DNA of 64,000 bases from Chrysemys picta bellii (GCF_011386835.1 NC_088812.1:12028001-12092000), one strand, 5' to 3'; positions 11,801 through 24,552 are shown, counted from the stretch's first letter. Notes: generated by a model from the letters alone, not told the origin. Numbers and translations are program-made.

Positions 11801-14524
11801 CCACATTTCAAGGGGGCTAATTCCACTCAGCAGCACCACTTGCCACCCCACTTCCAGCCGGATAATATTCGTCCTAAACAGCTGCATGGCCCTTAACCAG
11901 CCGCCACACTCCACCCCAGAGGAGGCTGCATCTCAGTGCTGGGCAAGTGATCCCTTTTGCTGTGCGACCCTGGAACGGCTTCTGCGTTCTGCCCCAGAGG
12001 GCAGCCTGGGCGAGGGGTCTCTGCCTGGGTGATCTGTCACATGCCGGCCGAGTGGGGCTAGCTGTCTTTCAAGTCCTCCCACAGGCCTCTGGGCTGCAGT
12101 TTGGGGTTGTTGAAAACTGGGTTCCTTCCATCCCCCCGAGATACCCCAGTGCCCGGCCCCAGCAAGAATACGATGCCCTCCTGGTCCCTGCCCACAACAT
12201 GGCAGCCTCAGGGGGACGCAGCCCGGAAGAAGGCAAGACAGGAGCAAGGGGAAATCATACCAGCTGCTCCCTCCCGGGAAGCTCCGGCTGGGAGAGGAGG
12301 TTTATCACGAAATGAATAATCCAATCAAGAAAAAAGTAACCACTTCCCTCTAGCCTTGACATTATTCTCATACCAGGAGGGCGAGACTGGCGCGGCGGGC
12401 AGGGGAGCCGGGAGCATGGGAAGGAGAGAGAGGGACAGGCAGTGAAAAGAGCGAGCGAGCGGGAGAACAAGGGAAGGGGGGAAGAGCCAGGGAGCAGGGC
12501 GGATGGATAGAGAATGGAGACAGAGCCAAGCCACCTGGACCAGGACCAGGGGAGCCCGGGGCAGCCTCCTCCATCACCCTGGCAACAAGATAACGGGCAG
12601 CCAAGAGCATCCCCCTCGCTGCCCCAGCCTCCCAGGATGGGGAGACACGGAACTTCCCTCCTGCCAGCTCTCCCCGCCCCCCATTTGCCCCAGTGGGGGT
12701 ATGGGACCCCATGCCCTTTGCTTTCCGTTCTGAGTCCCTGCACCCCCCATGGCAGCCGGCCAAGCCCAGCTGCGTGGCCCTGGGAGCTCTGACCTGCAGA
12801 GGCAGCCGCAGGTCACCAGCTGCGTGGCTCCGAGGGCCAGAGGCTGCCAGGAGCACGGTCCCGGAGCAGCTGAATGGGGCATTTTCAGGCACCTCTGAGG
12901 CGGGGACGGGGGAACCAAGAGACGCAGCAAGTGCTGCCAGGGCAGGGGGGGGAGCAACACCCCAGCAGCAAAACCCCTCCGCGGGGAGTCTGGGCACCGC
13001 ATAGACCCTGCCCAGTGCAGCTTGCACCCCAGTGACCCAAGTCACCCAAGACTCTCACAGCACAGTCCTGACGCCTCAGAGCAGCCCTGGGATATAGGTA
13101 CCATGGGATCCCCATTTCAGAGCTGGGGAAACTGAGGCACAGAGCAGGGCAGGAACTAGCCAGTGAGTCCGGGCTGCAGGCAGGGAGAGAAGCCAGCCGT
13201 TATTAATGACCTGGAAGAGGGGCTGAGCAGGGGGTGAGGTTAGTGAAGACCGTGAGAGGGACCCTCAATCTGGGCCTGGCTCCCAGGGGGTGGATCACTC
13301 GCTAATTCCCTGTTCCGTTCACTCCCTCTGAAGCACCTGGCACCGTGGCTGATATGCTGGGGATCCCCACAGTGCAAACCCCAAGGATGGAGCTGAATTG
13401 GTCAGGCAAGGACTGGCTGTAACAGACTAATGTGCCCAGGAAGAGGAACTTGGGGTTTTCCAATGTTAGTGCCTATGACTCTCCAACAACCACTAGACCC
13501 CACTCCCCTCCCAGTGCTGCAAACGGAACCCAGGAGTCCTGGCTCCCATTCCAACCAGCACCGGACACATCCCATCAACCCTCCCACTCCCGGGTTGCTA
13601 CGGCTTGAATATTCCAGGGTGCTGGTTCATTCCTGGAGGGAAGGGCCCACCCCGGAGTGTGGCCCCCTCGCCGAGCAGACTCCCCTCCTCACCCCAGCAC
13701 CGCGGCAGGAAACACCCACCCCGGAGCGCTCCATGCGCCCCCACGCCCCATTGTCTCTCCTCCAGCACAGCCGGCTCATTCTACTCCCAGAGCCGGCACG
13801 CCCACCATCCTGTGCCATCCAGACCCAGTCTGGCTGCCAGCCTCCCCCCTTGCCCGGGCGACGGACATCGGGTGACTCAGCAGGAGGAAATGAATCCGCG
13901 ATGCAGTCAGGCGTGCCCACCCACGGACACGCGAGAGGCTGAAATGTCATCGGCTCGCACAGCCCAGGAGCCAGCGGTCCCCTGGCACTGCCGGGACCTG
14001 GCATTGGCCACCCTAGGGGGCGGTTACATCAACTATCGTAACTAAGGGGCGTGGCACGACCATGTCCCCCTCTCTGGGGCACAGCCTGGCCCCAGGGCTG
14101 CCCCCAGATGGACCTGCACCTCCTCTGCCAGGGTGCCCGGGGGCTTCCCGCACCGCTGCAGCCCCTCCGCCATATGACATTGCTCGTCACCAAGCCCCTG
14201 TAGCGCCAATATGGGTCAATCCCGGTGGGGGGGGGCTGATGGAACAGCTGGCCAGTCCTGGCCCAGCGACTTCTACTTGTTGCTAGCACTACGTTCACCT
14301 GTGGAACTCACTGCCCCAGGACTGTTCAGACACAGAAAGCGCAGTCAGTTATGCTGGGATCGGAAACTCTGCTTTGTACATGTTTCAGCCTGGAGCCTTC
14401 AGCCCCCCAGGCAGCCACCCCCCAGCTAACAGACCAGTTAGGGGCACTGTTCCATCCATCCAAGGAACTTATCTGCCCCCCGCTGCCTGACAGTCCCAGC
14501 ACCTCCTGGGCAGCAGGGCACGGC

Positions 14525-14630
14525 CGTTATCCCCATTTGTGCAGTGGAGAAACTGAGGCACAGAGAAGCCGCATGACTGGCTTGTGTTCCTACAATCTGT
14601 GGCAGAGCTGCGACGGACCCCAGGTCTCCC
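14525..14630 (+). mobile_element. MIR/CORE-SINE-like relic
   Basis: ATCCCCATTT..CAG.GGAGAAACTGAGGCACAGAG core; similar relics near 13110-13165 and 28455-28570. Confidence 0.55.
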
Positions 14631-15898
14631 GGGGCCAAGCCATAGGGCCAGTCGTCTCCTCGTAACCTTTGCAACAAACCAGAGCCCTCGGTGAATGTCC
14701 CCAGGGTCGGCCGAGGTTCAGAGCCTGGAGAACATGTCCAGGGCGGCGTGGGGGGTGGAAAGGGGGCCAGGTGCAGGTTTTCCTGAGCCCTGTTGTTAAA
14801 ATGCATCTCCCCATGTAACCCCGAGCTCTTAGCAGGGGCCAACAACGGCACCGTTTCACCTCCCCTGCCAAGCCATGAAATGGGATGAGACATCCCTGTC
14901 GCCCATTGCCCACCCTGCCTGCTCTGCAGTGGGGTCTCTGCTCTCTCCCCCTTCCCCGCCCCAGGAGCTGCCACTTCGGCCCTATCTTCGCTGCCAAGAT
15001 GGGGTGGAGGGGGGCAGCCACGACCCAGCCTGGCTACATGGGGGGGAAGCTCCCTGGGCCCTGTCTCCACTGGGCCCTGGTCACCCCCTGCTGGACACCT
15101 CCTCCCCCGCCCCCCGCTGGCAACCAGACACTGCTGCCAAAGAGAAAGTGACCAGGGTGCCAAACATCTCAGGGGCCGAGGCAGATGGTGACGCCAAGGC
15201 CCAGGTCCTGAGCTCCTCTCCGGTGTAAATCCAGGCTGGCTTCGAGGGAGGTGATTCAGGTTTACCCCCCCCCCCGCCTCCACAGACCAGAGCCAGAACT
15301 AGACCCCAGCTTCTCTGCTCTAATCCACCCCTCATCTCATCCCCCCCCCCCACCGCCTCCCCAGCGCTGGGGCAGTCGCCCCAAAAGGTCTCACAAACCA
15401 CTTCATGTTAATTGTTGTCATTTCGGTTCCGCCCCATTGGCTCCAATGGGTCCCTGGGGGGGTTGGGATCGAATCTCTGCACCCAGCATAGAGGAGGGGT
15501 CTGCCCCCTTTGCTCAGCCCTGCAGCAGGCCCCAGGCGGAGATCCCAGGGCAGGGCCATAGGGCGCAGGGCTGGGAGCCACCATGCCTGTGTCTAGCACA
15601 GTAGCACCTGGGCCCAGGCCAGCCCCGGCCTCAGTGTCCCTGTCTGTGAAATGGGGGAGTCTGCAGGAGCTGGGCTCTGAGGAGGTGGAAACGCTGAACT
15701 GGAGCCGGCCAGGTGCTTTCCGAGGCTGTGGCAGGGCAGAGCAGAGATTTCATCCCCCCGCTGCTACTCACCTGTCACAGAGAGCGGCTGGAGGGGCCCC
15801 CCAGCCTGAGCGCCCCCTTCACCCTCCCGGGAGCCTCCAGCGCTCCTTGCTGCTCTGGGGGGTCCCAGGCCTCCGAGTTGGGGCTGGGACACCTGGGG

Positions 15899-16480
15899 AG
15901 GGGGTGCAGAGTGGGGGGGTGCAGAGGGGGGTGCGGGGGGATGGAGAGTCGGGGGGTGCAGAGTCGGGGGGGTGCGAGGGGTGCAGAGTTGGGGGGTGCG
16001 GGGGGATGGAGAGTCGGGGGGTGCAGAGTCGGGGGGGTGCGAGGGGTGCAGAGTTGGGGGGTGCGGGGGATGGAGAGTCGGGGGGTGCAGAGTCGGGGGG
16101 GTGCGAGGGGTGCAGAGTTGGGGGGTGCGGGGGGATGGAGAGTCGGGGAGTGCAGAGTCGGGGGGTGCGAGGGGTGCAGAGTCGGGGGGTGCAGAGTCGG
16201 GGGGTGCGGGGGATGGAGAGTCGGGGAGTGCAGAGTCGGGGGGTGCGGGGGGTGCAGAGTCGGGGGGTGCAGAGTCGGGGAGTGCGGGGGGATGGAGAGT
16301 CGGGGAGTGCGGGGGGATGGAGAGTCGGGGAGTGCAGAGTCGGGGGGTGCGAGGGGTGCAGAGTCGGGGAGTGCAGAGTCGGGGGTGCGGGGGGATGGAG
16401 AGTCGGGGGGTGCAGAGTCGGGGGGTGCGGGGGGATGGAGAGTCGGGGGGTGCAGAGTCGGGGGGTGCAGAGTCGGGGGC
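15899..16480. repeat. G-rich minisatellite in DHH intron 1
   Basis: Interleaved short units GGGGTGCAGAGTCGGGG, GGGGATGGAGAGTCGGGG and GGTGCGAGG over about 580 bp. Confidence 0.95.
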
Positions 16481-16879
16481 CGCCAGACCAGCTCCACGCA
16501 GCCCCCGGGAGATCTCAGCCAGCCCCCGGGCGAAGCGGCATCGAATCGCCGGGGGCCCGCTGCGGTCTGGGAACAAGCTGCAGGCGGGTCCGGGCCGGTC
16601 CCCCCGCCTCAGGGCAGGGCCTGGGAACTGACCCCCAGCCGCTCCGGATCCAGCTCCGAAGGTCTCGCTGCCGGGCAGCCCCCGGAGAGCGCCCCCAGTC
16701 CGCCAGTTCGCTCCCCGCTTGTACCTGGACAGCCCCGGCCCTGGACTCGCCCTGCAACGCGCCCGGGCTCCGGGCACCAGCCGCCGGGTTGATGGGTAAC
16801 GGGGCGCAGGGCAGGGGCCCCGGGGCGCTTGCCTTGCCCGGGCAGCAGCCGGGGGTCCGCGGGGGCGGCCGCCCCTTAC

Positions 16880-17188
16880 CTGGGTCATGAGCCGGTCGGC
16901 CCCCGTGTTCTCCTCGTCCTTGAAGATGATGTCGGGGTTGTAGTTGGGCACCAGGTCCCGGAACCGCTCGGCGCGGCGCCCCAGCCGGCCCTCGGCCCGG
17001 CCGCTCGCAGCCAGCGTCTGCTCGGGCGCGTTGGGCACGAACTGCTTGTAGTGCAGCGGCACCAGGTGCCTCCGGGCCTGTCGCCGGCGCCCCGGCGGGC
17101 CCCGGCCCGGCCCGCAGCCCCGGCCCGGCAGCAGCAGGCAGCAGGCCAGGCAGAGCAGGGTGAGCGCCAGCGGGCCGTGCCGGGGCAT
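16880..17188 (-). CDS. DHH: Desert hedgehog exon 1 (signal peptide and N-terminal signalling domain)
   Basis: ATG at 17188; signal peptide, then CGPGRG (palmitoylated Cys), basic RRRQARRH motif, [21 protein letters not shown]|gtaagg; 309+262+668 nt = 412 aa + stop. DHH rather than SHH/IHH from N-terminal sequence and adjacency to LMBR1L. Confidence 0.97.
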
Positions 17189-17277
17189 CGCGGGGGCTGT
17201 CCGACGGCTCAGCTGCCTCCCGCGGCTCCGGGCTCCCGCATCGGGCCAGGGACCCCCGACAGCCCGGGGCCTCTCCG

Positions 17278-17785
17278 GGCACCGCCGCCTCTAGGGCCCG
17301 GGGGATCCCCCTGGCACCGCCGCCTCTAGGGCCCGGGGACCCCTCCTGGCACCGCCGCCCCTAGGGCCCGGGGGATCCCCCCTGGCAGCGCCGCCCCTAG
17401 GGCCCGGGGGACCCCTCCTGGCAGCGCCGCCCCTAGGGCCCGGGGGACCCCTCCTGGCACCGCCGCCTCTAGGGCCCCGGGATCCCCCCTGGCACCGCCG
17501 CCCCTAGGGCCCGGGGGATCCCCCCTGGCAGCGCCGCCCCTAGGGCCCGGGGGACCCCTCCTGGCAGCGCCGCCCCTAGGGCCCGGGGGACCCCTCCTGG
17601 CACCGCCGCCCCTAGGGCCCCGGGATCCCTCCTGGCAGCGCCGCCTCTAGGGCCCGGGGACCCCTCCGGGCAGCGCCGCCTCTAGGGCCCGGGGACCCCT
17701 CCGGGCAGCGCCGCCTCTAGGGACCAGGGACCCCTCCGGGCACCGCCGCCCCTAGGGCCCGGGGACCTCTCCTGGCAGCGCCATC
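17278..17785. repeat. 35-36 bp tandem repeat, about 14 copies, just upstream of the DHH ATG
   Basis: Unit A(C/G)CGCCGCC(T/C)CTAGGGCCCGGGGGA(T)CCCC(T)CCTGGC starting at about 17281, 17316, 17351 ... 17742. Confidence 0.96.
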
Positions 17786-18765
17786 CCCAGGTACCCTGGG
17801 TGCTTGGCTGCGCCCTCTGGTGCAGGGACCCTTGGGTGCCAGCCGTGCGCCCCGGGCAGCGTCCCCCCTCCTGCTGCTCCCAGCCACTGGGCAGCCCCGC
17901 CGGGTCCTTCGCTGCTGCTGCCCTTGCCAGGCTCCCGGCTCCGCCTTTAAGAGTCCGTCCCCCGGGAGCGGCGGCCACATCCCCCCGGTGCCGCCCCCGC
18001 GGGGCCCCGGCCAGCGCTCACTGGCGCGCCGTGCACCCAGCGCGCGTCCCCGCGTAACCCCTCTGGATCCTGCACGCGCGTCCTAGCGCACTACCAGCTT
18101 CGGTGCACCTGTGCGCGCTCCCGCCCTTTCACCTGCGCGAAACTCCAACCGCGCGCGGCGCTCCCGACCTGGCGCCAGCGGGAACGCGCCTCTGCCCTTC
18201 TCCGAAGCGCGCTCCTCACAGGTGTCCTTACTCCTGTCACAGTGGGGCCCAGCGCACCCCCACTGCCGCCCCCGAGCCCTCATCCCACCCACTCCCTGCA
18301 CCCCCAAGTCTTCCTCCCCCCACTGCACCCTCCGCCCCTTCCCAGCCCCCCACCCCTCCCTGCCCTCTTCCCACCTCAGTGCGTTTCCTTCCCCGCTTTG
18401 CGCCCCCTCCCCTCCGGGGTAAAGTCCGCAGCGGGCCCTACAGCTCAGCGTAAACCCACCTCTGGTCTCCCAGGGGCTGCCTGCTCCCGGGGGGGGGGGG
18501 CTCGGGTGCCCCCATTACAGATGTGACCCCCCCCAGCCAGGGGGGTTAAAGATCCTAATGCACAGGGGGGAAAGAGCTGGGGTTCCCCTCCCCCACAGGG
18601 CTAGAGCCCCCCCCTTCCAGGGCCTGGGACCCCAGTCTCTGGGGCGGTCAGGTGAGAGTTTAGCCTGGGAGCAGGGTGGAGATCCGGGTAGATGGGCCCA
18701 GGTCTGAGCCAACCTGGCCTTTCCCAGGGTGCCCCCCCCCCCCCATCCAGCACCTGCCTCGCCCA

Positions 18766-18886
18766 CAGGGTTGCCAATTTTCGGTAGGCGCATTCCTGGA
18801 GGTTTCATCACGACATAATCTTTAATCAAAAAGTCATCTTTAATTCCTGGAGACTCCAGGGCAATCCTGGAGGGTTGGCAGCCCTG
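18766..18886. mobile_element. hAT-superfamily MITE, 121 bp
   Basis: TIRs CAGGGTTGCCAA / TTGGCAGCCCTG (1 mismatch) flanked by a perfect 8-bp TSD CTCGCCCA (18758-18765 and 18887-18894); an 8-bp TSD is characteristic of hAT. Confidence 0.88.
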
Positions 18887-19194
18887 CTCGCCCAGGGGTC
18901 CCAGCTGGAGTCGTAGGCGCTGGGCCCTGGCGAGAGGCCAGGCCCCAGGGGCGGGGGAGGTGCCGCTTCCAGGGTGGGGCCCCCCAAAAAATCAGCAGCC
19001 ACTTTTGAAACCTGCAGAGACCCCCCCGCGTCCCCGGGCTGGGGTCGGCGCGTCTCCTGCAGCAGCATTTCCGGCTCTGGCCAGCAGAGGGCGGACTCCT
19101 CTCATTCGAATTTGCCTTGAGATGCTGTTCGAAGGACCCGGAGTTAAAGAAAGTCACCAAGAAAGGGGCAGAGCAGAAAGTGACCTCTGCCTTC

Positions 19195-21190
19195 CCCGGG
19201 GCCGGGCACCGCACCCCCAGCCGGGTCCATGTCCCAGGGCACCCGCACCCCCAGCCGGCTCCGCGCCCCAGGGCACCCATACCCCCAGCCAGCTCCGCGC
19301 CCCAGGGCACCCGCACCCCCAGCCCTGGCCAGCTCCACGCCCCAGGGCACCCACACCCCCAGCCCTGGCCAGCTCCGCGCCCCACGTCACCCGCACCCCC
19401 AGCCGGCTCCGCGCCCCAGGGCACCCGCGCCCCCAGCCGGCTCCGCACCCCAGGGCACCGCACCCCCAGCCGGCTCCATGTCCCAGGGCACCCGCGCCCC
19501 CAGCCCTGGCCAGCTCCGCGCCCCAGGGCACCCGCACCCCCAGCCAGCTCCACGCCCCAGGGCACCCACACCCCCAGCCGGGTCCATGCCCCAGGGCACC
19601 CACACCCCCAGCCGGCTCCATGTCCCAGGGCACCCACACCCCCAGCCCTGGCCAGCTCCGCGCCCCGGGGCACCCATACCCCCAGCCGGGTCCATGTCCC
19701 AGGGCACCCACACCCCCAGCCGGCTCCATGTCCCAGGGCACCCGCGCCCCCAGCCCTGGCCAGCTCCGCGCCCCAGGGCACCCATACCCCCAGCCAGCTC
19801 CGCGCCCCAGGGCACCCGCACCCCCAGCCGGGTCCATGCCCCAGGGCACCCACACCCCCAGCCGGCTCCATGTCCCAGGGCACCCACACCCCCAGCCCTG
19901 GCCAGCTCCGCGCCCCGGGGCACCCATACCCCCAGCCCTGGCCAGCTCCGCGCCCCAGGGCACCCGCACCCCCAGCCAGCTCCGCGCCCCAGGGCACCCA
20001 CACCCCCATCCCCGGCCGGCTCCGCGCCCCACGTCACCCGCACCCCCAGCCGGCTCCGCGCCCCAGGGCACCCGCGCCCCCAGCCCTGGCCAGCTCCGCG
20101 CCCCAGGGCACCCATACCCCCAGCCAGCTCCGCGCTCCGGGGCACCCACACCCCCAGCCAGCTCCGCGCCCCGGGGCACCCACACCCCCAGCCCTGGCCA
20201 GCTCCACGCCCCAGGGCACCCGCACCCTCAGCCGGCTCCGCGCTCCAGGGCACCCACACCCCCAGCCCTGGCCAGCTCCGCGCCCCAGGGCACCCACACC
20301 CCCAGCCCTGGCCAGCTCCACGCCCCAGGGCACCCATACCCCCAGCCAGCTCCGCGCTCCAGGGCACCCACACCCCCAGCCAGCTCCGCGCCCTGGCCAG
20401 CTCTGCGCCCCAGGGCACCCGCACCCCCAGCCGGCTCCATGCCCCAGGGCACCCACGCCCCCAGCCCCGGCCGGCTCCGCGCCCCAGGGCACCCGCACCC
20501 CCAGCCCCGGCCGGCTCCGCGCCCCAGGGCACCCGCACCCCCAGCCCCGGCCGGCTCCGCGCCCCAGGGCACCCGCACCCGCACCCCCAGCCGGCTCCAT
20601 GCCCCAGGGCACCTGTGCCCCCGGCCACAGCCAGCTCCGCGCCCCAGGGCACCCGTGCCCCCAGCCGGCTCCGTGCTCCAGGGCACCTGTGCCCCAGCCC
20701 CGTCCGGCTCCGTGCCCCATGTCACCCACACCCCCAGCCAGCTCTGCGCCCCAGGGCACCCGCACCCCCAGCCGGCTCCGCGCCCCAGGGCACCCGCACC
20801 CCGCACCCCCAGCCGGCTCCGCGCCCCAGGGCACCCGTGCCCCCAGCCGGCTCCGTGCTCCAGGGCACCTGTGCCCCAGCCCCGTCCGGCTCCGTGCCCC
20901 ATGTCACCCACACCCCCAGCCAGCTCTGCGCCCCAGGGCACCTGTGCCCCCAGCCAGCTCCGCGCCCCAGGGCACCCGCACCCCCAGCCAGCTCTGCACC
21001 CCAGGGCACCCATGCCCCCAGCCCCGGCCGGCTCCGTGCCCCACGTCACCTGCACCCCCAGCCAGCTCCGTGCCCCAGGGCACCTGTGCCCCCCATCCCC
21101 GGCCGGCTCCGCACCCCATGTCACCCGCACCCCCAGCCGGCTCCATGTCCCAGGGCACCCACTCCCCCAGCCCCGGCCGGCTCCACGCCC
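19195..21190. repeat. About 2-kb C-rich minisatellite between the LMBR1L 3' end and the DHH promoter
   Basis: Variant units of roughly 30-40 bp, CCAGGGCACCCGCACCCCCAGCC(CTGGCCA)GCTCCGCGCC. Confidence 0.97.
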
Positions 21191-21740
21191 ACAGCAGGTC
21201 CCCAGGGTCGCTCTGCCACCTACAGCGCAGGTTGTGGGTCCAAGGCCCAGGTGGCAGCCCAGTGCCCACGCTCTGAGGGCTGAGCCAGCTCCCCCCAGTG
21301 CCACAGCCCCCAGGGAGGCGAGACACAGGCTGGGGCAGGTGCACCCAGCAGTGCCCACGGGCGGGCGGATCACGGTGCCGCGCCGGGGCACTGGGAGGAG
21401 ATCGTGTTCCAGGGAAACCGGGCAGCTACGGCTCCATTTCCTGCAATATACACCCAGCTTCCTGATCAGCCCAGCGTAAAAACAGGAGGTTGGGCGGGAT
21501 GGGGGGAGAGACAACAAACTCCCAGCTGTGACAGCCAGGCAGGGCCGGTTCCCAGCCCCCTGCGGCCGCTCCCCCCAGCTGCAGAGCCGGGGCAGGATGG
21601 GTGGGAAGGTTTGGCACCCGGGCAGTTTCCTCTGCGCTCAGAGTGACAAACACCCCATGAAACAGCCTGTGCTGGAGGCTTTGCTACCCCCTCACACGAA
21701 CCCCCCCCCCTCCGCCCCACATATAGGATTTTGGAAAGGC

Positions 21741-21998
21741 CACGACTATCACAGGGTTCAGAAAAGTGCTAGAGAAGTTCCTGGAGGACAGGTCCATCAA
21801 TGGCTACTAGCCAGGCTGGGCAGGGATGGGGTCCCTGGCCTGTTTGCCAGGAGCTGGGAATGGGCAACAGGGGATGGATCACTTGATTCCCTGCTCTGTT
21901 CATTCCCAGTGGGGCCCCTGGCACTGGCCGCGGTCGGCAAACAGGGCACTGGGCTGGATGGACCCTTGGTCTGACCCAGTCTGGCCGTTCTGATGTTC
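21741..21998 (+). mobile_element. CR1 LINE 3' end fragment
   Basis: GGGTTCAGAAAA..CTAGA.AAGTTC.TGGAGGACAGGTCCATCAATGGCTA ... TCTGACCCAGTCTGGCCGTTCTGATGTTC; same family as 8345-8838. Confidence 0.88.
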
Positions 21999-22937
21999 AA
22001 AAGGAACATGGGAGGGGGGAGGCCCCTAGAGCAGAGTGGAGCTGGGCCAAAAGGTGAACAAGTCATCTTCATTGGCACCCCTGCTAGCCCAGCCCCGGCT
22101 CCCTTCCCTTCCCCCTCCCCCCCCCCCAGATAGGCCAGTGCCCCCAGTCCTAGCCCCCAGGTCCCCTGTGGGCTCCCTTCCCCCATCCCTCCGCTGCTAC
22201 CCCTCAATCCCAACCTACAGCCCCCCTAAGCTCAGTGACAGAGTGCCTGCTCCCCAGCTCAGCTAGGCCCCAGCTGCCGCTGCCGCCCCGCCTGGGCCCC
22301 CTGCCGCCCCCAGAACCCGGCAGTGACTCTGCCTGTGGGCACAGTGGGGGGGAGGGGAGGGGGGCAGGGAAAATGGGCCCCTGAAAGCCAGGAACCCACC
22401 CAGCAGCTCAGCCCTCACCTTCGCCCCGGCTCTTTTCCCACAGCCGCCCCCATGCTGGGGGTAGGGGAAGAGAGAGGGGGGAGAGCTGGAAGAGGTTCAC
22501 TAGCTCCAGCCAGGAAAAGGGGTAATTATACCCCACTGCAAAGGGGGGGGGGGGGGAGTCAGCCAGGGTGTGGGACCTTCCCTGATGGGGGGGAGGAAGT
22601 TGTACATGCATATTCACACACCCCTCTTCCCACGTGCCAGACAGCAGACACCCTGCTCCTGCTCCAACACCCCCAGGTACCCCAGCAGCCAGAGCAGGCC
22701 CAGAGAGGGGTGGGCCCCAGCACCTAGGGGAGGAAGGAGGTGTGCCCAGCTCGAGAAGCAGGAAGCCCAGGGGCAGGCACAGGGGTGTTCAGGTGCAGGG
22801 CAGAGCGCTGCAGGGTGCGTGTGTACGGACACGCAGTGCTCCAGGACCTGGGAACCACATTTCCCGCCAAGAATTGCAACAGACCGAGCCGGTGGCTCGC
22901 AGGCCGCTGGCCTCCCACCATCTATTAAAAGACACTT

Positions 22938-22943
22938 TTTATT
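22938..22943 (-). terminator. Candidate LMBR1L poly(A) signal AATAAA
   Basis: TTTATT on the plus strand in an AT-rich patch about 1.35 kb downstream of the LMBR1L stop. Confidence 0.65.
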
Positions 22944-24290
22944 ATTTAAATAATAATAAAAACACACACACACACAGCAGGTGACAGCGGCTCTGCATTG
23001 TCACTAGCACCTGCCGGAGCAGAGACCTGACCCACTCGTCAGACAAAGCCAAGCTGGCCCTGGGCTCCTACGCTCTGGGGCTGGGGAGAAGGGACACAGC
23101 AGAGCTGAATTCAGCCCTGCAGGAAGGACTGGTGACCCTGGCCCACACCCTTTCCAGCTCTGCCCCCCCCTTCTAATGCCATGGGGGGGGGGATTGACAG
23201 TTATAGCCTCCCCCACAGGGCTTGTAAACCCCCCCTACTCCGAGGAAGGATCAGGCACCAGCCTGGCCCCTGCTGGATCAGGGGTGTCTGTAGCCAGACC
23301 TCCTTCCCCTCCCCCTCCAGCCCAGGGTGAGAAAGAAACCCCAGGTGTTTGAATGATGAGCCCCCCACCCCAGAGCCCCACATTAAGTTACTGAGTGTCA
23401 GAGAGACAGGAGCAGCCTGGGGCGGAGGGGGCCAGACAGACCGAGCAGGGAGGGGCTGAGCTCAGTGGGCGAGGGGAGTGCCTTACCCGGGGGGGGGGGG
23501 GCAGGAGGGGGGGGTAATTTCACCCATAAAACATCAAGGCAGCAGCTGTTCAAAAGAAATAAATAAAATAAAAAAACACAAAGGCCCCGACAGAAGACGC
23601 AGCCAGTGAAGCAGACGAAGGCTGCCTAGTGCAGGTGAGTGAGGTATGTAACCGGGGCTCCGGGGGTCTGCCCGGGGCCGCGCAGGGGCCCGGGGCCGCG
23701 CAGGGGCCCGGGGGTTCAGGGCCAGCGGAGGAGTTTAGCAACAAGTCCAGTGAGGCAACTTCGGCACCTGCTAAACCCCCGCTCCCCACAGCGCCCCCTG
23801 CGGGGAGAGCCTGGGGCTGGACTAGCCAGGAGCCCCCCCCCCACAGCCAAGGCCCTGCCCCCTCCCCACAGCACTCCGTGCTGGCCATCAGCTCCTATTA
23901 TAATCCCATACATCTTCCTGCATGGTACCTGGAGCTGCCATTCCCTCCCACCCTCCAGGAGGCTCCAGCGGTGGGGGTGGGGGGCAATGCTCAGCAACGG
24001 TCATGAATTCTCCTATCTCCCCCACCCGGGACGGGGCCCCCTCGATGCCCCACATCCCAATGCAGCATCAGCACCCCAGGAGGCTACTGGCCCCTTCGCC
24101 AGCACACCATTGGTCAGAAGCAGACGAGGGCGGAGTCAGACAGGCCCCGCCCCTTCCGCAGGGTCCATGGTCCTTCGGCTCAGAATGCAGGAGACCCACA
24201 TAAATCCATCGAGTTGGAGTGGGGCTGCCCCCCCCGCCCCATGGGGGCGTATCCCCCAAGTCCCAGCCGTTGGCTGGCGCCACACTCGTC

Positions 24291-24349
24291 CTAGCAGAGT
24301 TTGCTGGGCTGGCGGGTGCGGGTCACGGGCAGGGGCAGCTTGTGCAAAC
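24291..24349 (-). CDS. LMBR1L: LMBR1L exon 17 (last coding exon)
   Basis: cag|GT TTG CAC; GLHKLPLPVTRTRQPSKLC-TAG; the 17 exons sum to 1467 nt = 488 aa + stop. Confidence 0.88.
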
Positions 24350-24552
24350 CTGGGGGGGAAGACACTGATTAGGGGCTATGCTGACATTTCCCCTCCCTGC
24401 CCATCACCCAGCAGGCAGCTGGGGCCAGGAGCCCATTCACCCACCGCCCCGGCTCACCGGCCAATCGCCTCCCCCAGGGACACTGACAGCCCAGACTCCC
24501 CAGCCCAGGGACCGGCTCCCCCACAGGTGCAGGTGGGAGGCCCAGGACTCAC

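Noticed and set aside
15583-16879. ORFs of 219-474 aa, including the apparent extension of DHH exon 1
   Set aside because: A strong donor (CAG|GTAAGG) ends exon 1 at 16880; the rest is intron and minisatellite
17278-17785. CRISPR-like array or CTCF site array
   Set aside because: Units are contiguous with no unique spacers and the DNA is eukaryotic; the CTAG(A/G)GGCGG core matches the CTCF consensus only partially and out of register
18840-21517. Very long ORFs (up to 839 aa) on both strands
   Set aside because: They are translations of the GC-rich minisatellite, open in several frames, with Pro/Ala/Gly repeats and no domain signature
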